NCBI GenBank assembly: GCA_039586795.1
Contig: JBDHJS010000009.1
Coordinates: 1 to 64,000 of the forward strand
Source of the DNA: Gemmatimonadota bacterium
GTDB lineage: Bacteria > Gemmatimonadota > Gemmatimonadetes > Palauibacterales > KS3-K002
DNA: 64,000 nt
Direction: 5' to 3'
The stretch's first letter is position 1. Each line of letters opens with the position of its first letter. The notes beneath the pieces are model-generated. The model was not told where the DNA came from. It did not search any database and saw only the letters and a program-made list of their open reading frames with translations. The position numbers and the translations under genes were made by a program. Positions 26,783 through 36,735 of this stretch are shown one piece after another.

Positions 26783-29700
26783 GTGCGCCTTAGGCTAGCC
26801 TTGTCCGGCGGAATCGCCGTCTATCTGGCTATGAGTTCGCTGCCCGGTGAAGCGGGCGGCGTGTTCGGTCCTGAGTTGCCAACTCAGGACACGGCCAGAG
26901 CGCGCGCACCTGCGGCCCAGGATACCACTCGGCGGCCGCAGGCTGGGCAGGATACGACCCGGTCGGCGGCAGCTCCGCAGGACACGACATCCCGGGATTC
27001 CGTCTCCCAGGACACAGCGGCTACCACAATCGCTCAGGACTCAGTCGTACCTCCGCCTGGCCTCAAGCTCGGCCTTGCGACGTTTCCACTACCCTACGAA
27101 GTCGACTTCATCTCCCGACTACCCGACCCGGCTCAGCGTAACGTCGTCTTCCGTTCTCGGGTCAGAAACGGGGGCGATGAGTGGACGGCCCGCGTCCGCG
27201 GGAGTTCTCTGTCGCGGCGCCAGGCGATGTGGAGCGGCAGTCGGCCCATCGCGGCGCACGCCGCGCCCGAGGTCGAGGCTGAAGATGTCGGTGTCTTCGA
27301 GGACTCCCTGTTCGCCGAATTTGAATCTCCTGAAGATCTGGGCATGGTGGAAGGGTCGGACCTGCTGCCAGACGTATTTGGCGAATACGCGGATCTTGGA
27401 ATCGCGATTTCGGGGCGCGTCGAGATGGGCGGAGGCTGGAGTCGGTTCCGGCCCTGCAACGCGACGATCGTGAACTGCTCACCCAGTTTGATACCGAACC
27501 TCAAGCCCGACATCCAATTCGGGGCTCGAATCGGCGGGACGATCACCGACAGAATCCACGTCAGCGTCGACTACGACAATCGCCGAGAGTTTGACGCGGC
27601 CAATAACATCAATGTGTTCTATCAGGGGTTGGAAGACGAGATTCTCCAGCGGATAGAAGTCGGCGATGTGAGCTTTGCGCTCCCTCAAAGTCGTTATCTG
27701 ACACAGGGGATCCCGTCCGGCAATTTCGGTATCCGGGCCACCGGCCAAATGGGGCCCGTCGACTTCCAGACCGTTTGGGCTCAGCAGAAGGGCGATCTGG
27801 GCGTCAGAGAGTTGCAGCTCGGCGGAGGAGGGCAGGGCTTCGAGCAGACCTCGGTCACCGTTCTCGACGACGCGGACTACGAGAAAGGGAGGTTCTACTT
27901 CCTCTTCAATCCGAATCGGCTCGACGGCGCTCCGCATATCGACGTACAGGAGCTAATCCCCTCCGACGCGCCGGTAGACGTGCGCCCGAACTCCACGGTG
28001 AAAGTCTACCGATACGAGCCGCTGGGCTTCGGTGTGAATGCCCAGGTCCCAGAGGGTTTCATTACGGCTGTGGCGGTCGCGACCGACACGATCCTCACCT
28101 CGAGCGGGACGGACACCGTCGTGACCGACACCTTGACCGGCCTCTTCCGGCCTCTGGTTGATGGTGAGGACTACCGGCTGCATCGCAGCGGCCTCTGGTT
28201 GATCCTCCGCAATATTCTCACTCCCGCCGAAGGTTTAGCGGTCACCTACGTAGCGGCGAACGGAGAGCCGATTGGCACGTTCAACGCGGAGCAGCAATCA
28301 GATGCTCACCAGGCTGACCCCGACAACGTGCCGCCGCCAACCCTCGAACTGATCAGAGGGATCAACCAACGTCCGGGCACGGCGACCTGGACGCGCGAAC
28401 TGCACAATGTCTACCGGGTCTCGGCCAGCCCGGGCGTGGTGGAAACCAGTGTTGAGTTGATCATTTCACAGGGCCGACCGGAGGTGGGTAACACGTTCCG
28501 AGTGGCGTCGGGACAACAGCTGGAGTTCTTGAAGATATTCGGACTCGACGATGATCCCACCGACAACCTCCTCGACTTGTCGCAGGTGTTCCAGCTATCT
28601 GGAGCCGGGACGGGTGAGATCTCGGGCCCGGTTGGAACCTACATCATTCCGCCGACGCTTGAGCCCTTCAAGTTCCCGGCGCCGCTGAAGAACGTCAGCG
28701 CCGCTCTCGATGGCCAGCCGTTTCCTCTCGAGCCGGGTGACCGGAACGCGACGATCTATGATGAACCGAACGACGTCATCCGCATCGGTACGAATCTCTA
28801 CCTGTTGACGATCTCGTTCAGACAGCGGTTCGAGGGATTTCTGTCGTCGATATCGCTGGCTCCCGGGATGCGCGAGGATAGTGAGCGGCTCGTCATCGAC
28901 GACGTGGAGCTCATCCGCGGTGAGGACTACATCGTCGACTATGAGGGGGGCTTCGTCGAACTGCGCGATCCGGAACGCTGGTTCCGCGACAACCCACAGG
29001 CCAACGTGCGCGCGACCTGGGAGCAGAAGCCGCTCTTCCAGCTTGCACCGACATCGGTGTTCGGCTTGGCCGTGCGATACCTCGTGGGACGGAATGGCGA
29101 ATTCAACTTCATCGGCCTCTCACAGTCCGAGCGCACGCTGCAGACGCGACCGGAGATCGGCCTCGAGCCCAGTTCGGTGCTTCTCACCGGATTCTCGGGC
29201 CGGCTCCAGTTCGAGCCGAGCTGGCTCTCCGATGTGGTAGACGCACTGCCAGGCATCGAGGCCGAAGCGCCTTCGTTCTTGTCACTCGACGGCGAAATCG
29301 CTCTTTCCAATCCCAACACGAATACACAAGGTGCCACATATGTTGAGGATTTCGAGGGCGGTACGGGCTTCAATCTGTTGCTCAATAGTCGGGCCTGGCG
29401 TCTCGGCGCGGTCCCGTCGACCACGGCCGGTGCCGAGAGCGTCTTGCCCCTGGTCATGAACGAAGAGAATGCGGCGGAGCTGGTTTGGCAGGACCAGTTT
29501 TCCACCGAAGACGGCAGCGTCGCCGGGCCGATTCCGGCAGGGGACATCGACGACGAGCTGCGGCTTCAGGGTGGGAGGGGCACGACGACCGAGCCCGTGA
29601 TGACGATGAGCCTGCGGATGCCGGAAAACCGTCAGTTGTCGCCCAATCCGAATCCACCGCCGGGTCCGGCGTGGGCGTCGATCACGAACCCCATATCCAT

Positions 29701-32700
29701 CAGCGGCCAGGACTTCACCACCATCGAGTTCCTGGAGTTCTACGTCGCGACCACACAGGAGGTCGCAGAATCCCTCACGCTGGTTCTCGATCTCGGCACG
29801 GTCAGCGAGGATGCTTTCGCCATCGACTCGCTGGGCAGCCCATCAGGAATCTCGGAATTGAACCGCGAGGTTGTCCCCCCAGCGGTTTGGAGCAACCTGG
29901 ACGATACCGGCCTATGGGGAACAGGATGCGAAGCGGTTCCAGGCCAGATCACCTATCCGCTGGGTGACGTCGCAGCCAACTGCACGCGCTCCAACGGGAT
30001 TGAGGATTCGGAAGACCTGAACCAAAACAGCATCCTAGATCTGGAAGAGCGCTTCTTCCGCTACACAGTGCCGCTGGCACCAGGCAGCCGGTACTACGTG
30101 CGTGACGCCAACGATTTCGGTGGCGCAACATTCAGGCTGTACCGTGTCCCGCTGCTGCAGGCCGACCATCAGGAGCGCGTCACGGAAGCCGAATTCCAGA
30201 ACGTTCGCCAGCTGAGGATAACTGTCACCGGGCAGCAAGACGCGCGGTTGCTCCTCACTCGCATGCGGTTCCTCGGATCGCGGTGGCTGAAGCGAAGTCA
30301 AACGGGACTGCAGCAGGGCCTGGTCGATACCACGACGGTGGCCAACCCCAACGCGCTGGTTCAGGTCGGCCCGATCAGCACTCTGGACCCGCGATATGTG
30401 TCGCCGCCCGGCGTAACCGAGGAGGCGGCTAGCCAGAGTGACGAGTTCAACCCGACGGCTCAGCAGGTCAACGAGCAGTCACTGGCCATCAGCTTCGAGG
30501 AGCTCGGCGCCGATGAACGCGCGGAAGTCTACCTGCAGTACGCGCAAGTTCCGCGCGACTTCCTCACCTATCGAAGCCTGCGTCTTTGGGCCATGGGGAT
30601 CGAGGGCCCCTGGGGGACCGGCGGTGAACCGCTGCGCTTCATGGTGAAGCTCGGCGAGGATGCGAGCAACGTGTATCTGTATAGGACAACGTTGCCCGCC
30701 GTGCCTCCGGAAGCGACGGGGCAGGAGCTTGCGCAGTTCTGGCTGCCGGAAATCCGCATCGATATGAACGTCTTCATCGCGCTGCGGACTGCCGCGGAAG
30801 AGATCTTGCTCTTGCAGGGTGGGCTACCGCAGGACAGCGTGTTGGAGCTGTGGGATGTAGACGTCCTCGAGGACGCGGATAGCAGTTACGCGGTTTTCAT
30901 CGGCCAGAGGTCACGCGCGGCCAATCTAGCAGCGGTGCGGCAGATATCGCTGTCGATCCACAACAGCGGGACACAGACAGTATCCGGGGGCCTGTGGGTC
31001 AACGACATCCGGCTCGATGCGCCCACCGATCAGACTGGAGTCATCGGGCGCTTCGACCTGGACCTCCGCGCGTCCGACGTCCTCGACCTGAGCTTTGGGT
31101 ACTCGACGGAGAACCCATACTTCCGGCAACTTGGCGAACACCCGAGCTTCGGTTCGAGCATGCAATACAACGTCGGCGGCGCGCTGCGGATGGGCAAGTT
31201 CGCGCCGGAATCCTGGCGACTCAACATGCCGCTTACGGTCGGGTACACGAATGCTTCCTCGCAGCCCGTGCTGTTGCCTTCGATGGACATCTCCGGCGAG
31301 CGCCTTCCGCGGCTGCGCACCGCAGCAACCGAGGGCCTGAGGGTGGACCTTCAACTGAATCGGCAACCCGGTGGTGACAGACCATTCATGGGTTGGTTCC
31401 TGGACAATTCGGCTCTGCGGGTCACCTACGAGGACAGGAGGTCGCGAACGGCGCGTTCAGAGACAGAGGCGGATGGCTACTCCTTCAACTACAACTTTAG
31501 GTCAGATGTCGCTGATCTCTCGTTCCCGTTCTTTCCCGGAAAAGACTGGCGGTTCCGATTGACGCCGCTGAGCGTTCAGTTCAACGCCAACTACATCGAT
31601 ACTAAATCCGTAACAAAGCGCTTTGCGGAGATCATCTCGCTTCCGGAAGACTCGTTGGTCCAGCCGATCAAAGCGCTTGACAACCGCTTACAGATGAACA
31701 CCGGCATGAACTTCGAGCTGGTCCCGTCGTTGACCGGCAACTTCGCGTTGGTGCAGGCAAGAGAGATCGCTCCAACGGGATTTCTGGTGAAAGGAAATCA
31801 AGCTCGTGAGCTGATCAATGCTGAACGCACGGAGTTCCTGGGGCTCGATCTGGGGTGGATGACGGGTCAGGACATCAACATGAACTGGACCTGGCGCCCA
31901 AACGTGACGACCTGGCTCACGCCTCAAGCCTCGATCGATTCACGATTCCGCTTCACTCGCGGCGCCTCCTACGTCGTCGAGCTGGCGGGCGATACCGTTT
32001 TGACAAGTGATTTCGATAACTCCCGAGCGCTGCGAGCGTCGGTCGGCTTCAATCTTCCTGTCATGCTCCGCACCATGTTCGGACTAGAAGCCGGCGGAGT
32101 GCTCGGTGGTTTCATGGATGTCATGGATCGGCTCGACTTGGTCTCGTTTGGCTGGACAGGGACGCTGGCTTCTCAGTACCAGCGTCAGGATGCCACGCCC
32201 AGCGTTAAGTACCGATTTGGCCTCGGCGACTTCCGTAGTTTCCTGCTTCAGGAAGGCGACACCGCGGCTCGTGTCGCGGATACTGAGGGCATGAACATCT
32301 CCTCGGGCTTCAGATTTCCTGGGGGGCTGGGCCTGGTTGTCGACTACGTGAACAACAACTCTCTTGTCTGGACGCCCGTGACCCGAACCTTGAACGATGG
32401 CGTGACCTGGCCGAACATCACGCTCAACTGGGCGCGCTTGCCTGTGCCCGCCAGCTTCGAGCCATGGGTGGCGGCCGCTAGCTTCAGGGTCGGGTACTCC
32501 GTGCGCAGCGCTAGCAGTCTCGTCCCGCGCGCCGACCAGCTCCGCGAGAGCGAGGTTGTGACGATACCGCTGAGCTTCAACTTGGCGTTGACGACCGAAT
32601 GGTCTCTGTCTTATACCCTCGACTGGAGCGAGGAGGAGCGCCTGGACCCTGTGGGCCGAACTCAGGGCGACCGGCGAAACCACACAGTGCAGATAACCGG

Positions 32701-33034
32701 ACGATTCAGCCCGCTGTCCCAGCAGGGAAGGTTCCGGCACCCGATCAGAATCTCGCTCCGCTTTTCGCAGGACAAGCAGGACCAGTGCCGCCAGCTTGGA
32801 AACCCGTTCGAGCCGTCGGATGGGACGGCTGCCCAAGCGCTGTGTGAGCCTTTCATCGATTTGCGGATACGGCGCGTTGACCTGACGGTAGGTACCGACA
32901 TGCCGCCGTTCGTTTTGGGCTTGCAGGGCTCGTGGCGTGACACGCAGAGCCAGATTGGCCAAAGCCCTGGCAACACCCAGCTGGAATTCTCATTCTTTGG
33001 GCAGTTCCTGCTGGAGACCGGAGAGATTCGTTGA
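26783..33034 (+). CDS. sprA: SprA-like giant outer-membrane beta-barrel protein (T9SS translocon homologue)
   Basis: 2083 aa; 'GLEDEILQRIEVGDVSF', 'YVEDFEG', 'LDLGTVSED', 'EDLNQNSILD', 'NEQSL', 'LWVNDIRL' resemble SprA conserved blocks; long amphipathic beta-strand C-terminal part. Confidence 0.75.
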   Translation: MRLRLALSGGIAVYLAMSSLPGEAGGVFGPELPTQDTARARAPAAQDTTRRPQAGQDTTRSAAAPQDTTSRDSVSQDTAATTIAQDSVVPPPGLKLGLATFPLPYEVDFISRLPDPAQRNVVFRSRVRNGGDEWTARVRGSSLSRRQAMWSGSRPIAAHAAPEVEAEDVGVFEDSLFAEFESPEDLGMVEGSDLLPDVFGEYADLGIAISGRVEMGGGWSRFRPCNATIVNCSPSLIPNLKPDIQFGARIGGTITDRIHVSVDYDNRREFDAANNINVFYQGLEDEILQRIEVGDVSFALPQSRYLTQGIPSGNFGIRATGQMGPVDFQTVWAQQKGDLGVRELQLGGGGQGFEQTSVTVLDDADYEKGRFYFLFNPNRLDGAPHIDVQELIPSDAPVDVRPNSTVKVYRYEPLGFGVNAQVPEGFITAVAVATDTILTSSGTDTVVTDTLTGLFRPLVDGEDYRLHRSGLWLILRNILTPAEGLAVTYVAANGEPIGTFNAEQQSDAHQADPDNVPPPTLELIRGINQRPGTATWTRELHNVYRVSASPGVVETSVELIISQGRPEVGNTFRVASGQQLEFLKIFGLDDDPTDNLLDLSQVFQLSGAGTGEISGPVGTYIIPPTLEPFKFPAPLKNVSAALDGQPFPLEPGDRNATIYDEPNDVIRIGTNLYLLTISFRQRFEGFLSSISLAPGMREDSERLVIDDVELIRGEDYIVDYEGGFVELRDPERWFRDNPQANVRATWEQKPLFQLAPTSVFGLAVRYLVGRNGEFNFIGLSQSERTLQTRPEIGLEPSSVLLTGFSGRLQFEPSWLSDVVDALPGIEAEAPSFLSLDGEIALSNPNTNTQGATYVEDFEGGTGFNLLLNSRAWRLGAVPSTTAGAESVLPLVMNEENAAELVWQDQFSTEDGSVAGPIPAGDIDDELRLQGGRGTTTEPVMTMSLRMPENRQLSPNPNPPPGPAWASITNPISISGQDFTTIEFLEFYVATTQEVAESLTLVLDLGTVSEDAFAIDSLGSPSGISELNREVVPPAVWSNLDDTGLWGTGCEAVPGQITYPLGDVAANCTRSNGIEDSEDLNQNSILDLEERFFRYTVPLAPGSRYYVRDANDFGGATFRLYRVPLLQADHQERVTEAEFQNVRQLRITVTGQQDARLLLTRMRFLGSRWLKRSQTGLQQGLVDTTTVANPNALVQVGPISTLDPRYVSPPGVTEEAASQSDEFNPTAQQVNEQSLAISFEELGADERAEVYLQYAQVPRDFLTYRSLRLWAMGIEGPWGTGGEPLRFMVKLGEDASNVYLYRTTLPAVPPEATGQELAQFWLPEIRIDMNVFIALRTAAEEILLLQGGLPQDSVLELWDVDVLEDADSSYAVFIGQRSRAANLAAVRQISLSIHNSGTQTVSGGLWVNDIRLDAPTDQTGVIGRFDLDLRASDVLDLSFGYSTENPYFRQLGEHPSFGSSMQYNVGGALRMGKFAPESWRLNMPLTVGYTNASSQPVLLPSMDISGERLPRLRTAATEGLRVDLQLNRQPGGDRPFMGWFLDNSALRVTYEDRRSRTARSETEADGYSFNYNFRSDVADLSFPFFPGKDWRFRLTPLSVQFNANYIDTKSVTKRFAEIISLPEDSLVQPIKALDNRLQMNTGMNFELVPSLTGNFALVQAREIAPTGFLVKGNQARELINAERTEFLGLDLGWMTGQDINMNWTWRPNVTTWLTPQASIDSRFRFTRGASYVVELAGDTVLTSDFDNSRALRASVGFNLPVMLRTMFGLEAGGVLGGFMDVMDRLDLVSFGWTGTLASQYQRQDATPSVKYRFGLGDFRSFLLQEGDTAARVADTEGMNISSGFRFPGGLGLVVDYVNNNSLVWTPVTRTLNDGVTWPNITLNWARLPVPASFEPWVAAASFRVGYSVRSASSLVPRADQLRESEVVTIPLSFNLALTTEWSLSYTLDWSEEERLDPVGRTQGDRRNHTVQITGRFSPLSQQGRFRHPIRISLRFSQDKQDQCRQLGNPFEPSDGTAAQALCEPFIDLRIRRVDLTVGTDMPPFVLGLQGSWRDTQSQIGQSPGNTQLEFSFFGQFLLETGEIR
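26885..27046 (+). repeat. Low-complexity Q-D-(T/S) peptide repeats in the SprA-like N-terminus
   Basis: QDTA, QDTT, QDTT, QDTT, RDSV, QDTA, QDSV within about 54 aa; DNA units CAGGAY-AC(N). Confidence 0.8.
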
Positions 33035-33993
33035 TGGCTTTGACTTGTTGCAGAATGATCGCGGCGCTCGGTGCGCTTGCCCTGCTGGGATGCGGTGGCG
33101 CGGAGGGCGAACCGCCTCGCAGTATGGAATCGTTGGCCTACGCTCCACGCTTCAACGGCTCATCGGCCTACGAACTCGTGAAGCGCCAGGTCGAATTCGG
33201 CCCGCGAGTCCCTGGCACAGACGGCCACCGAGCGATGGCGGACTGGGTGGAGGAGTATCTCTCCGAGCGGGCCGATACCCTGATCGTTCAGCGCTTCACT
33301 CATGTGTCGGTCGACGGTGACACGTTGCAGCTGTTCAACTTCCTGGCGCGCTTTCACGTCCCGGGCACACGGCCTATCCTGTTGCTCGCGCATTGGGACA
33401 CACGGCCGACCTCCGACCGTGCAGATGACGCAGCCGATCGCGAGAAGCCCGTCCCCGGCGCCAACGATGGAGCTTCGGGCACCGCCGTCCTCCTGGAGTT
33501 GGCGAGTATGATGAAGCAAGAGGCGCCGCCACGTTCGGTCGACATATTGCTAGTGGACGGCGAAGACTACGGTGACTTCGGTGTCGGGCTCGACGTGTTT
33601 TTGGGCTCGCGCTATTTCGCTGCCAACTTGCTGGAGGGCTACAACCCGGAGTTCGGCGTTCTGCTCGATATGGTGGGGGATAGGAGCCTCGATATCTATG
33701 TAGAGGGCCACTCAAATCGGTTAGCACCGGAGATCGTCGATCGGGTCTGGGGGATAGCACAACGGCTGGGCTTTGGCGACGTCTTCCACAGGCAGACGCG
33801 CCATCAGATGAACGACGATCATATCCCCTTGAACGACGCGGGCATCCCGACGATCGACGTTATCGACTTCGACTACCCCGACCAGAGTAACGCCTACTGG
33901 CACACGCCGGATGACACGCCCGATAAGGTCTCTGCCTCCAGTCTGGGCGTCGTGGGGGCCGTGATGACCCGGCTCATCTACGTTGGGAGTTAG
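33031..33993 (+). CDS. M28 family lipoprotein, glutaminyl-peptide cyclotransferase-like
   Basis: Lipobox 'LLG-C'; 'QVEFGPRVPG', 'AHWDTRP', 'GANDGASG', 'DGEDYG', 'LDMVG', 'DDH', 'YWHT..D'. Confidence 0.8.
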   Translation: MMALTCCRMIAALGALALLGCGGAEGEPPRSMESLAYAPRFNGSSAYELVKRQVEFGPRVPGTDGHRAMADWVEEYLSERADTLIVQRFTHVSVDGDTLQLFNFLARFHVPGTRPILLLAHWDTRPTSDRADDAADREKPVPGANDGASGTAVLLELASMMKQEAPPRSVDILLVDGEDYGDFGVGLDVFLGSRYFAANLLEGYNPEFGVLLDMVGDRSLDIYVEGHSNRLAPEIVDRVWGIAQRLGFGDVFHRQTRHQMNDDHIPLNDAGIPTIDVIDFDYPDQSNAYWHTPDDTPDKVSASSLGVVGAVMTRLIYVGS

Positions 33994-34057
33994 AGCGCGG
34001 ACGAATTCGTATTGCCGCTGTTGAGGATTTGTTGATCCAAAGCCCGATCTTCTAAGT

Positions 34058-34726
34058 GTGAACCTTACCGAGGGAGAAACGAGGGCCCTCATCGTCAGCG
34101 CCGCCCTCGTCCTGATCGCGGCGCTCGGCCGGATGCTCGTTCTCGCCCCTGAAGCTGATGTACAGTCCGACGGGCTGATGCTCGCCGGTATAGCTGACTC
34201 GACACTGGCGGCCGCGGAGTCTCTCTACGCAGAGGCCGAGCGTCGGCGTCGACCGCTGGCTGCGGGCGAACGCATCGATCCGAACCTCGCCGATGAAGTT
34301 GAGCTGGATCGCCTGCCAGGCGTGGGGCCCGCCCTCGCCCGGTCGATCACCGCTTACCGCCGTCAGCAAGGGCCGTTTCGCAGCCTGGAAGACTTGGAAC
34401 GGGTTCCCGGTCTGGGGAGTAGTAAGGTAGAGCGCCTGGCGCCCTTCACGATCTTTCCGGCCCCAATCGGCCGGGGTCCGGCGACAGGCGACGGGGGAGG
34501 CGAGCGTCAGAGCCCGGAACGCCAGGGTCCGAAGGTGGATATGAACCGGGCGACAGCCGAGGAATTGCAGGTACTACCAGGGATCGGCCCCGCTCGCGCC
34601 CAGGCCATCGTCCGTTGGCGTGATGAGAAAGGCCCATTTCGGAACTTTCAGGACCTTACGAAGGTACCGGGTATTGGGCCGGCTACTGCTTCGAGGTTGC
34701 GGTCCCGGGTCGTGATTCGACCTTGA
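34058..34726 (+). CDS. comEA: ComEA-family DNA-binding protein with tandem helix-hairpin-helix domains
   Basis: N-terminal TM; two copies of 'D.N.A...EL..LPG.GPA.A..I...R...GPFR...DL..VPG.G'. Confidence 0.88.
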   Translation: MNLTEGETRALIVSAALVLIAALGRMLVLAPEADVQSDGLMLAGIADSTLAAAESLYAEAERRRRPLAAGERIDPNLADEVELDRLPGVGPALARSITAYRRQQGPFRSLEDLERVPGLGSSKVERLAPFTIFPAPIGRGPATGDGGGERQSPERQGPKVDMNRATAEELQVLPGIGPARAQAIVRWRDEKGPFRNFQDLTKVPGIGPATASRLRSRVVIRP

Positions 34727-34751
34727 CAGTACCCGTAACTTCTAGCAGAAT
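34723..34751 (+). promoter_or_regulatory. Possible sigma70 promoter for pilB
   Basis: TTGACA-N17-CAGAAT. Confidence 0.45.
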
Positions 34752-34811
34752 TAGAACTTGCTGTCTCCCCCCGCCCAACGGGTTTGTTCTACACCCTAGG
34801 CTCCGGTCGCA

Positions 34812-36536
34812 ATGGCAACTACCCGTACTAAATCCAGTGACCTTATCGGCGACCTGCTCGTCCGCGAGGGTTTGATAAGCGAGGATCAGCTAAAGCGCGC
34901 GCTGCAGGAGCAACGCAGCAACGGGCACCGCCTCGGCTATACCCTCGTAGAGATGGGTGTCGTCTCCGAGACTGACCTGACGCGCGTGCTGGCGCGAAAG
35001 TACCGCGTCAAGGCCGTCGACCTATCCCGCATCGGGAATATCGACAAGCGAGTCGTCAACCTGGTCAAGCCGGAAATCGCGGTCCGGCATCTCGTGTTGC
35101 CACTTCGCCGCGTGGGGCGCACGCTCACCGTGGCGATGTCCAACCCGACTAACCTGGATGCTATTGACGAGCTTCGGTTTTCGACGGGGTACGACATCGA
35201 GCCCGTGGTTGCCGGAGAGTATTCGCTGCGCAAATCGGTCGAGAAGCACTACGAGACCGTTGAGGACGGTCTGGCCGATATTCTCAAAGAGATTGACGAC
35301 GAGGACATCGAGGTCGTCGACGGCAAGGATGCTGAAGACGAGATCTCGGTAACTGCCCTGCAGGCGCAGGTCGAAGAAGCACCGGTCGTCAAGCTGATCA
35401 ACGGGATTCTCACCAGCGCCGTCCAGAAGGGCGCCAGTGACATCCACATCGAGCCATACGAAAAGGAAATCCGCATACGGTTTCGCGTTGACGGCGCGCT
35501 GAGAGAGATCATGCGCCCGCCGCTCCGCATGAAGGCGGCGCTTACCAGTCGTGTGAAGATTCTTGCCGACCTCAACATCGCCGAGCGCCGAGTACCGCAG
35601 GACGGCCGTATCAAGATGCGGATGGGCAAGCGCGTTATCGACTATCGTGTCTCGACGCTGCCCGGACTATTCGGCGAGAAGATCGTTCTCCGTATTCTGG
35701 ACAAATCGAACCTGCAGCTCGATCTGGAAAAGTTCGGGATGGAGAAGCAGGCGGAGAAGGACTTCATGAACGCGATCCACAACCCGTACGGCATGGTGCT
35801 GGTCACCGGGCCCACGGGTTCTGGTAAAACGACGACGCTTTACTCCGCATTGACCAAGATCAATACGGAGGAAGTCAACATCATGACGGCGGAGGACCCG
35901 GTCGAGTACAACCTCCGCGGCATCAACCAAACACAGGTTAGGCCGGAAATCGGGCTGACCTTCGCCGCAGCGCTGCGCGCCTTCTTGCGACAGGACCCGA
36001 ACATCATCCTGGTCGGTGAGATTCGAGATATGGAGACGGCGGGCATCGCGATCAAGGCGGCGCTCACGGGACACCTTGTGCTGTCGACGCTCCACACAAA
36101 CGACGCTGCATCGACGATCACTCGTATGATCGACATCGGCCTCGAGCCGTTCAACGTGGCATCCGCGGTTAATCTGGTGACGGCTCAGCGACTGGTGCGC
36201 CGGATCTGCGGTAGCTGCAAGGCCGAAGTCACGTACGAAGAGGATATCCTGGAGACCGCCGAGATCCCGGAGGACGAACTCAAGGAGATGAAGTTCTTCA
36301 GGGGTGAGGGGTGCGACCAGTGCGATGGAACGGGCTACCGTGGCCGGCAGGGACTCTACGAGGTCATGGCGATAGACCCGAAGCTCCGTCGCATGATCAT
36401 GCATGGCGAGGGGGCTGACGCGATGAAGCAGCAGGCCGTTGAGGATGGCATGCTGACGTTGCGTCAGGATGGCCTGATCAAGATCAAAAAGGGTATCACT
36501 ACGCTGGAAGAGATACTGAAAGAGACGGCGGCATAA
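34812..36536 (+). CDS. pilB: Type IVa pilus assembly ATPase
   Basis: MshEN-like N-terminus; 'ASDIHIEP', Walker A 'GPTGSGKTT', 'LRQDP', 'LSTLHTN', tetracysteine motif. Confidence 0.95.
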   Translation: MATTRTKSSDLIGDLLVREGLISEDQLKRALQEQRSNGHRLGYTLVEMGVVSETDLTRVLARKYRVKAVDLSRIGNIDKRVVNLVKPEIAVRHLVLPLRRVGRTLTVAMSNPTNLDAIDELRFSTGYDIEPVVAGEYSLRKSVEKHYETVEDGLADILKEIDDEDIEVVDGKDAEDEISVTALQAQVEEAPVVKLINGILTSAVQKGASDIHIEPYEKEIRIRFRVDGALREIMRPPLRMKAALTSRVKILADLNIAERRVPQDGRIKMRMGKRVIDYRVSTLPGLFGEKIVLRILDKSNLQLDLEKFGMEKQAEKDFMNAIHNPYGMVLVTGPTGSGKTTTLYSALTKINTEEVNIMTAEDPVEYNLRGINQTQVRPEIGLTFAAALRAFLRQDPNIILVGEIRDMETAGIAIKAALTGHLVLSTLHTNDAASTITRMIDIGLEPFNVASAVNLVTAQRLVRRICGSCKAEVTYEEDILETAEIPEDELKEMKFFRGEGCDQCDGTGYRGRQGLYEVMAIDPKLRRMIMHGEGADAMKQQAVEDGMLTLRQDGLIKIKKGITTLEEILKETAA

Positions 36537-36735
36537 GAATTCCGCTGATAGCCCGGAGCCGGCATATCGTCGGTATTCGCCTCCGGGGTTCTCTCCCCTG
36601 CCGCGAGAGACATAGCCTCATTAGTTTTCAGGTCGCGCACCCGTAGTATCCAGGTGCGGTGCGGTAGGCTTTACTCCGAAGTACTCACACAAAAACGAGC
36701 CTCGCTGCGAGGCGCTGACCCACGGGCACAACTGA

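Noticed and set aside
32084..32962. 292-aa minus-strand ORF (likewise 35667-36404, 24094-24795 and 62447-63070)
   Set aside because: Antisense to sprA, pilB, lptG and pilQ respectively; no independent evidence.
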